A stretch of 64,000 nt of DNA from the human T2T-CHM13v2.0 reference genome, Homo sapiens. Positions 54,672 through 64,000 of the stretch are shown in pieces; the stretch's first letter is position 1; the number at the start of each line of letters is the position of its first letter. The notes below the pieces were generated by a model that ran no database searches, was not told the origin of the DNA, and worked only from the letters and a program-made list of their open reading frames with translations. Both the position numbers and the translations under genes were made by a program. Location: the NCBI RefSeq assembly GCF_009914755.1, contig NC_060937.1; one strand, written 5' to 3'.

Positions 54672-55035
54672 TACCAACAAATATTTATTGAGCAATGGCT
54701 ATGTGTTAGGTCCTGAGGGAGATAAACAGAAAAGAATGTTTCATAGTCCCTGTCCTTAAGGAGTTTATAGTCAGGTTGACCAGAAAAACAAACAAACATG
54801 CAAAAAAAAAAAACCTAGATAAGAGTAAAATGAACTGTGTAGGCAGGCTATCACTCAGATCACAGAGAATACACACTAGGATAGAAATATTCCCTTAGGC
54901 TACAGAGAGCTAGGAATTCTTTTGAAGGAGGTAAGACTCGAGAAATTTCTTGAGGATTGATCAGATTTGGAAGGCTGAAGAGAAGCCAGTAAAGCACAGC
55001 AGATGGGCAAGTGCAGTGTGTGTCTTGAGACTGGG
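54672..55035 (-). mobile_element. L2 3' fragment
   Basis: 'caacaaatatttattgagc...tatgtgttagg...catagtccctgtccttaaggagtttatagtc'. Confidence 0.7.
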
Positions 55036-56707
55036 CAAGGTGCGATAGTGAGTCCTCTAATTTGGGTAGATGAAGCGATTACTTTGCTTCAAGGAGTAGT
55101 GGTAGTTACCTTTGGAGAGATTGTTGGGGTGTGATTAGGGGAAGTCTTAAATACCAGACTGCCCAGGAAACTGGTTTCTCCCTGCAGCCAATGGGGAGCT
55201 GCCTAGGGCAGCATCCTTGCATACCAGTGTGAATCTACCAGTGTGAATGTAGCTACCCAAGCAACTTTTTGTTTGTTCACAGATCTGTTGTCCAGGCATT
55301 TTGTAGGAGGCTGTGAAAAGTCTGGGTAGATCTCCAAAGTACAGTTTTCCTACAAATAGCTGGTTTGTGTACTGAGGGCCTAAGTCCATTCCTCAGAACA
55401 AACTGTAGAGGAAGAAATACATGGATGGTTGTCCCACAGGTTCAACTCTTTCCTGTTAACCCCACCTTTAAAATAAACTTCCTTTCAGCTTCCTGGTCTC
55501 GCATTTTCTACACCAGTGACTTCTCACTGTATCTGTCTTTGTATAATTACTTAAAAAAATGCAAGTAAACTTTGCATGTTTAATCTCATTCTTCTTACCT
55601 CATTCACTGGCGTTTTATTAATTTCCCTGTCCAAGAAGTCATGTTCAGACTCAGTTCCTCTGCAGTCAATCTGTCTTGTTTTTATTTATCAACCACCTAG
55701 CAACACAGTCTTTAAGAGAGCCCTCCTTAACGATTGGTATTCTAGATGCATTTCTATCATATTGTGTAGATTTTTCCAGCTACATGCAAACTTCTCCTCC
55801 ATTCAAACTGGTGGCAATTATCTCAAAAATTGAGAGGGTATCACCTGCTTGTCTTTCTCTTCTCCTCAGGGAAAAACAGGCTCATGGAACAGTTACTTCT
55901 AGGTGTTTTTCCTTGTCTTATCTCTAAGGAGTTGGACTTCTGTTGTCTTGAAAGGTGCAAAAGTTTAGTTGAAGGAGAGTTTGATTGCAGCTGGCAATAT
56001 TTGAATCACAGCTGTCAACTTGGGCGGGCTATCATTAACTTCAACGTGTTTCCTAAATATGGGAGGGTGGAGGGCCAAGATGCCAGAACAGTTTTCTGTG
56101 ACCTTTTTGTCCAAGAGCGGCCTTTCTTAAATTATTCAATCCGATGTGGGAGAAAATAGTATAAAAATAAAAAGTCTTCTCAGGTTAAAGTGTTTGAATT
56201 GTACAAACTATTACTCCTGACAATATGATGGAAAATGTTGTGTAATTCCTTTTTACAACTTAGAAAGTTAGGAATAGGGGCTCCTTTTGGGCTATCGGAA
56301 AAGATTCTCAAACTTTAACATCTCAATAACTTCTTAACTTGTAGAATATTGTATGGTTTGGGTGAACAGAATTATGGTCAACATTCTGGTAATTTAGCTT
56401 CATTTTTATCATATTCTGGCAAGTTGTGTTTAAAGAGGTCATGATATTGTATTTTTAAAATACTGTCTCTGTGTTTTCTCTCCTTATAAAAGTGAGACTA
56501 TCAGTTAGGAAAATGAGCCCATGTTGCTGTTAGCATCCCTAGGATACTTGCTGAAATATGGATTTGAAGTGAACAACATGATTATTTAGCTCCATCCACA
56601 TGCAGCTTTGCTTATAGTTTCCTATCCCTACTTTTTGCTGTTTCTTCTTTTAGTTCCCCCATATTACTTTTCTTAGTCACTACATCCCATTGTTTGTAAA
56701 GTTTATG

Positions 56708-56900
56708 ATTAGGGTTGGGGAAGAATGGGGATTGACTGTTGAGTACAGAGTTTCTTTTTGGAGTGATGAAAATGTTCTAAAATTGATTGTGGTGATGGCT
56801 GTACTCTGTGAATATACAAAAAACATTGAGTTTATACTTTATGTGAGTTGTATGGTATATGAATTATACCATACAATAGAGTTGTCATTTTTTTTTAAAA
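56708..56900 (+). mobile_element. L1MB 3' end fragment
   Basis: 'gtacagagtttctttttggagtgatgaaaatgttctaaaattgattgtggtgatgg...tgtatggtatatgaattata'. Confidence 0.8.
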
Positions 56901-57290
56901 AGGTTTATGGTTATTCAGATCTTTGAATTTAAGAAGTTTTCCAGAAGATATTGTTCTTTCTTGTATTTCTAACTCAGGTTGTCCTTATTGCTATATTAAG
57001 AAGTTCATCATGAAATCAGGTTGACACTACCAATCTTCTCCAGTTCTGCATATTTTATTCAGTCTTGGCTGAGACAATGCAATGTGTAATTGAAATCAAT
57101 GATTTGTGGGATATTACCCACCAAGCAGAAAGGTCATGTTTTACCTTAACATTTTGTTACAATCTTACCTTACTTAGCCTTAATTTCACCTATTGATTTA
57201 ATAATTTTTTTCACCATAATCTGAAAAATTGACTTTAGAGATATAACATTAAAAATCTTGGGTGACTTTTTTCTTTACTCCAAACTTTGC

Positions 57291-57329
<39 letters not shown>

Positions 57330-57330
57330 C
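57291..57330. repeat. (AGAT)9 AGAC tetranucleotide STR
   Basis: Nine perfect AGAT units followed by AGAC. Confidence 0.95.
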
Positions 57331-57638
57331 TCATAAAGCTTCTGCTAAAAAGTAATTGAACCTGACAGGAATATTTATATTCCCATGAATCCGCTAAGGC
57401 AAATGCCCTTGGCTTGGTGACTTCATCAATGATTATTCAATAAAACCCCTTCTTCAATGTCTAGCTCAAACCTAACCACCTCATAGAACATTTGATGTGA
57501 TCTCTGGCCTACTTCCTCCTAGATTACAAATTATTTATAGCTTTCATCGTCAGAACCACAGCATGGCAAAATATTTAACTTCAATTTATTTGACTTTGAC
57601 AACAGATGTTCAATATATCATGAGACTTATATCCTTTA

Positions 57639-57910
<272 letters not shown>

Positions 57911-58268
57911 GACTTATATCCTTTAAAATTTTAAATTTGTATGCAAGTAAGATAACTATCCTTCATTATCTAAACTGAATTGGTTCCTGAGTTAAGATGG
58001 TTAACTTTCAGATTCAATCAATATAACAGTATTTAGAATAAAATATCAAAGTTCTGTTTCACACCCTTTCCATTTCTATCATCTCATTCCCTCTCAGAAG
58101 TAACCACCATTAACAATTTGGCAAAGAATCTCCCAGATTTTTTGCTGCATACATGTGAGCCTATATACAAAATGTATGGGTTTTTGTTTTTGTTTTTCAG
58201 GATAAACAGGAACATCCTATATGAACTACTGGGCCACCAGCTTTTTTGTTTTTATTTTTGTTGTCGCT

Positions 58269-60463
58269 TGTATTAGTCCATTTTCGCACTGCTGATAAAG
58301 ACATACCTGAGACTGGGTAATTTGTAAAGGAAAAGAAGTTTAATGGACTCACAGTTCCACACTGCTGGTGGGGCCTCACAATTATGGCAAAAGGCAAAAG
58401 GCATGTCTTACATGGTGGCAGACAAGAGAGAAAAGAGAACCAAGTGAAAGGAGTTTCCCCTTTTAAAACCATTAGATCTCACGAGACTTATTCACTACCA
58501 TGAGAACAGTATGGGGGAAACCACCCCCATGATTCAATTGTCTCCCATTGGGTCCCTCCCACAACACATGGGAATTATGGGAGCTACAATTCAAGACATA
58601 ACCAAACCATATCATTCCACCCCTGGATATTTGGGAGGGCCCAAATATCATGTCCTCACATTTCAAAACCAATCATGCCTTCCCAGTCGTCTCCCAAAGT
58701 CTTAATTCATTTCAGCATTAACTCAAAAGTCCACAGTCCAAAGTCTCGTCTGAGACAAGGCAAGTCCCTTCTACCTATAAGCTTGTAAAATCAAAAGCAA
58801 GTTAGTTACTTCCTAGATGCAATGGGGGTACAGGCATTTGATAAATACACCCATTCCAAATGGGAGAAATTGGCCAAAACACGGGGGCTAAAGTCCCCAT
58901 TCAAGTTCAAAATCCGGTGAGGAGTCAAATCTTAAAGCTCCAAAATGATCTCCTTTGACTCCAGGTCTCACATCCAGGTCACACCAATGCAAGAGGTGGG
59001 TTCCCATGATATTGGGCAGCTCCACCCCTGTGGCTTTGCAGGGTACAGCCTCCCTCCCAGCTGCTTTCATGGGCTGGCGTTGAGTGTCTGTGGCTTTTCC
59101 AGGCACACAGTGCAAGCTGTCAGTGGATCTACCATTCTGGGGTCTGGAGGATGGTGACCTTCTTCTCACAGTTCCACTAGGCAGTGCCCCAGTGGGGACT
59201 CTGTGTGGGAGTTTCAACCCCACATTTCCCTTCTGCACTGTCCTAGCAGAGGTTCTCCATGATGGCCCCAATCCTGCAGCAAACTCCTGCCTGGAAATCC
59301 AGGCATTTCCATACATCCTCTGAAATCTAGGTGGAGGTTCCCAAATCTCAATTCTTGACTTCTGAACACCTGCAGACCCAACACCACACAAAAGCTGCCA
59401 AGGCTTGAGGCTTGCACCCTGTGAAGCCATAGCTGGAGTGGCTAGGAGGCAGAGCACCAAGTCCCAGGCTGCACACAGCAGGGGTCTCTGGGCCCAGCCC
59501 ATGAAACCATTTTTTCCTTCTAGGCCTCCAGGCCTGAGATGGGAAGGGGCTGCCGCAAAGGTCTCTGACATGCCCTGGAGACATTTTCCCCATTGTCTTG
59601 GTGATTAACATTTGGCTCCTTGTTACTTATGCAAATTTCTATAGCCAGCTTGGATTTTTCCTCAGAAAAGGGGTTTTTCTTTTCTATGGCATCATCAAGC
59701 TGCAAATTTTCCAAAATTTAATGCTCTGTCACCTCTTGAATGCTTTGCCACTTAGAAATTTCTTCCACCAGATACTCCAAATCATCTCTCTCAAGTTCAA
59801 AGTTCCACAGATCTCTAGAGCAGGGGCAAAATGCAGCCAGTTTCTCCATAGTAAGGGTGACCTCGACTCCAGTTCCCAACAAGTTCCTCATCTCCATCTG
59901 AGACCACCTCAGCCTGGATTTCATTGTCCATATCAATATCAGAATTTTGGTCAAAGCCATTCAGCAAGTCTCTAGGAAGTTCCAAACTTTCCCACATTTT
60001 CCTATCTTCTTCTGAGTCCTCCAAACTGTTCCAAATTCTGCCTGTTACCCAGTTCCAAAGTTGCATCCACATTTTGGGGTATCTTTACAGCAGCACCCCA
60101 CTCTACTGGTACCAATTTACACTGCTGATAGAGACATACTGAGACTGGGTAATTTATAAAGGAAAAGAAGTTTAATGGAGTCACAATTCCATGTGGCTAG
60201 GGAGGCCTCATGATCATGGCAGAAGGTGAAAGGCACACCCTACATGGCAGCAGACAAGAGAGAAAAGAGAACCAAGTGAAAGGGGTTTTGCCTTATAAAA
60301 CTATTGGATCTCGTGAGACTTACTTACTACCATAAGAACAGTATGAGGGAAACCTCCCCCATGGTTCAATTATTTCCCATTGAGTCCCTTCCACAACACG
60401 TAGAAATTATGGGAGCTACAATTCAAGATGAGATTTGAGTGAGAACATAGCCAAACCATATCA
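58269..60463 (-). mobile_element. THE1 (THE1B-like MaLR) near-complete provirus: LTR 58269-58614, internal 58615-60120, LTR 60121-60463
   Basis: Two direct LTRs ('...gagactgggtaattt...ccaaaccatatca'), THE1-int text between them, 5 bp TSD tcgct/ttgct. Inserted into an old L1ME fragment (~58040-58230 and ~60490-60730). Confidence 0.95.
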
Positions 60464-60734
60464 TTGCTGTTGATTTGGGGGAAACATTATATCTTGAAAT
60501 TGTACATGAGATCATTCATTTTAACTTCTGCATTATATTTCATGGTATGGAAATTACCATTATTTATTTCAACCCTTTCACTACTAAAGGATGTTTAAGT
60601 TTTGCAGTTGGTTATTTTAACAAACACTGTTCCTTCAGACATCCTTGTGTATGCTTCTTTGTAACGTATAGAAGCATCTCTCTAGTATGAAGACCTAAAA
60701 GTGAAATTTTTGGGATAAGTGATATTTGCATTAA

Positions 60735-61030
60735 TTTTTATTTTTTTTCTTGAAACAGGATTTCACTCTGTCACCCAGCCTACAGTGCAATAGCATGATC
60801 ACAGCTCACTGCAGCCTCAACCTCCCAGGCTCAAGTGATCCTCCCAACTCAGCCTCCTGTCTCTGGGACTACAAGCATGCACCACCATGCCTGGCTAATT
60901 TTTTAAGTTTTTGTAGACATGGAGACTCACTGTGTTGTCCAGGCTGGTCTCAAACTCCTGGATCTCAAGTGATCCTCCCTCTTTGGCCCCCCAAAGTGCT
61001 GGGATTACAGGCATAAATCATGGTGGCTGA
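60735..61030 (-). mobile_element. AluJ
   Basis: 'gcatgatcacagctcactgcagcctcaacctcccaggctcaagtgatcctccc'. Confidence 0.92.
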
Positions 61031-61254
61031 TCTGCATTAAATTTTTAGATGAATGCATTTAAAATGCTGCCTTTGTTTCCTCTATCTTTCCAGCAACAGG
61101 ACGATCACTTAGGTGTCCATCTTGTTCAGTACTCAAAATTTGTTTTCATTTTTTCTTATTTGATTTACAATAAAAATATTTTGTGGTATCAGTTATATTG
61201 ATGCTTTTCTTTTTATTGAAACTTTCATGTGTATATGTCAAAGTCAACACTGCT

Positions 61255-62210
61255 TTTATTCATTCAGCAGATATGTATTGAAAGCCTTGGTGAGCCAGGT
61301 TCTACTTAGGCCCTGGGATCAGTGGTTAACAAAAATCATAGGATTAGATAGTCCTTTGTGATGGAACCAATACTAAATAATTTAAAAATTATTCTATATA
61401 TTAACAAATTATCTAAAGAATATTTGAATATAAAGAATATTTGAATATTTGAAGAGAAAAATATTGTAGAGAGTTTATTTAGGATGGAATCATCAGAAAG
61501 ACTCTCTTTGAGACAATAACATTTCAGTGAACCTGAATTTTGAAGGGAAACTCAGAAATGTGAAGATTTGGTGCAGGAACACTCCAGGCAGAGGGAACAT
61601 CAAAGGAAAAGGCCTGGTATTGCTGAAGCATAGAAAAGGAGGGCAGATCTCGCAAGGTAAAAGCATCATGCAGATCTTGCAAGGTAAAGAAACTGATTTT
61701 TTGGCTGGGCACAGTGGTGGCTCACACCTGTAATCTAAGCACTTTGGGAGGCTGAGGTGGGTGGATCACTTAAAGTCAGGAGTTCGAGACCAGACTGGCC
61801 AACATGGTGAAACCCAGCCTTTACTAAAAATACAAAAATTAGTCTGGCATGGCAACGGGTGCATGCAATCCCAGCTACTTGAGAGGCTGAGGCAAGAGAA
61901 TCACCTGAGCCCAGGAGGCGGAGGTTGCAGTGAGCCGAGGTTGCAACACTGCACTCCAGCCTGGGCAACAGAGCGAGACTCCATCTCAAAACAAAACGAA
62001 AACAAAAACAAAAACCAAGAAATTGATTTTTGTTGTAATTGTAATGGTCAGTCACGAAAGATCTTAGGTAGGGGTGTGCTGTAGCTTGATTTTGTTTAGA
62101 ACCACTTCAGAGAACTGTTAGAAGGCTGTTACATTGCTCTAGATGGGAGAAGATGTTTATATTTGGTGAGAGTAGTGGAGAGGTATGCGTTTTTAAAATA
62201 TTTCCTACCA
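61255..62210 (-). mobile_element. L2 fragment split by an Alu
   Basis: 'ttattcattcagcagatatgtattga', 'ccaggcagagggaacatcaaaggaaaaggcctgg'. Confidence 0.6.
61703..62016 (+). mobile_element. AluS (Sx/Sz-like)
   Basis: Full dimer with a (CAAAA)n tail. TSD aagaaa(c/t)tgattttt at 61687-61701 and 62017-62031. Confidence 0.95.
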
Positions 62211-64000
62211 TAGTGTGACAAACACAATGGACATTCTGTTGAGTGAATGAATGCTTGGAGAAGACCATTTGAGGAGAGATATCTAAGCAACTACAAAAGG
62301 TCATTGATATATTGACCTTTTGTGCAATGAAATGTTGACATTTGAATTTACCAATAATTGTTGAGATCATGGAGGATGCCGCTATGGGTTGTAGTCTGAA
62401 CTTGTGATATCGGTAGAGATAATACAAGGGTAATTCCTTTGTACTTCACTGTTCATCACAATGCAATGCTGAAAGAAAGGATTTCATTTGAGGTTAAGGA
62501 GATTGTGCAATTGGAAAGTGGGGTGGTTTGACTTTTAAGGTAATCTTTTTCTGTACCTTTATATCTCCCTGTTATTGTCTCTACTTGTCCTGGGGATATT
62601 GGTTGAGTTAAAAACACCATTTCTAAAAACGGAGACCTAGAACTTAGAGCGTTAGTAACACTGTAATAATATTCACTGGGGAGCAGAAACCGGAGCTATG
62701 AGATGTGGAACATACTCTCTGAACAATCTATCTCATCGTTCAAGATATAAGAAGACCATGAGAGCTGCTAAGAATCATTCCATATTTGGATTTCTTTTTT
62801 CCTAGAAATTAACTTTGTCACAATAGGTCCATGCGTCTCTTCTGGGAAGCAGCTGGCATAGAAGGGAGAGTATGTCCTTTGAATATCAGTTTATATCCTG
62901 GTTTTGCCACATACTGATTTCAAGAGCTTGGGAAAACTATTTCACTTCTGGGCTCAGAGTTCTAAGCTGCAATATGGTAGCACTCATCTACTATTTTCAA
63001 AAATAACTGCTTTCGAATGCTTTTTATATGTGAGATCACGTATATGAATTAGCTTAAAGCATGGTCTCTTTGTTTCCTTCCTAAGTGAGTAGTTGTCAGA
63101 TATAATTTTATTGCTGATCAATATTGCTATGTTGGGAGAACATAGAGGATTGAGAGATCCCAAGACAAAGGCTCATCAAGGTGTTAACTTGGGTGTAGAC
63201 TCCTGGCTTTCCCTTAGGACATGCAGAGACAGCCAAAGTAGGCAAAAATTAAGTGAGCTGATGGGTTTTGATGATTAAGCCAGAATCTGGGAGAATCAAA
63301 AGTCCACGCTGGCTATAAGTACATTTGGATGAAGGCTGCTGAGAACAGGAAAGTACTGAACCTCCATTTAGATGTGAGCTTTTGACTTGGTTACACTGTT
63401 TCCTCTCCAAACTGGCACTTTATTCTCAGCCCTCAAATAAAGAGCAACCATTGGATTTTGTAATGTAAAAATCATTATTGCCCTTAGGGAAAGGATTACT
63501 GAACTTTCTGTACCTAGTGTTTATGCCTTTAATAAGCACAGTGTTTCCAAAAGAATTGAATGCCTTTTTGTACTATGATGTTTTTCTATTACTACATCTA
63601 AGTTTTGTACCTTAATGTCTGGGAAGCTTGTTTACATAAATTCACAGAAACCTGACAAACAGTAGGAATTTGTTCTATAGAGATGGGTAAATCCCTAAAG
63701 AACTTGTTGGTTTCATGCTAACCACTTTGCTGTAGCCAGGCGCCTTTCCTTTCTAAGGAAAAGATTTATAGATGGGGAAAAGGTTCATGGGAAATAACAC
63801 TCAGGTCACTGCAGCAGCACCACACATTGAAAGTTCATCCAGCTCTATATGAAAACTCTTGCATGCTCTAACATTTGACTGAGCTTTAAGGTTTGTATGT
63901 AGCATTGCATTTTGATTCTAAGTATGACTCCATAAAGGGCAATAGCATAAAAATACTTCGTATTCTCCTAAACATTGAAAGCCAAAACATGAGGAGGAAG

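Noticed and set aside
58888-59571. Longest ORF (227 aa)
   Set aside because: Lies wholly within THE1-int. It is a decayed MaLR internal frame with frameshifts, not a host gene.

Overview
Primate (human-like) AT-rich, CpG-depleted non-coding DNA, either intergenic or inside a large intron. I can support no protein-coding exon, RNA gene, CRISPR array or prokaryotic system, and I cannot name the locus. About half of the window is interspersed repeats: 16 Alu/FLAM elements (most with visible target-site duplications, TSDs), L1 fragments of several ages, L2 and MIR relics, hAT-Charlie MITEs (MER5A, MER33, MER58, MER20, MER1B), an MLT1 LTR, an ERV1-type solo LTR, a truncated ERV-L with an MLT2 LTR, and a near-complete THE1 (MaLR) provirus. 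The listed ORFs come from repeats or from chance. Subfamily names and the boundaries of old elements are by-eye estimates. The most unusual signals are two independent 'patchwork' insertions inside old L1s, each built from copies of two nearby sequences. One (27796-28327) is an inverted ~100 bp copy plus an inverted exact 20 bp copy fused to an orphan L1PA 5' UTR. The other (2660-2761) is a direct ~91 bp copy plus a 12 bp copy. Both look like fossil template-switching repair scars, not a new genetic system.
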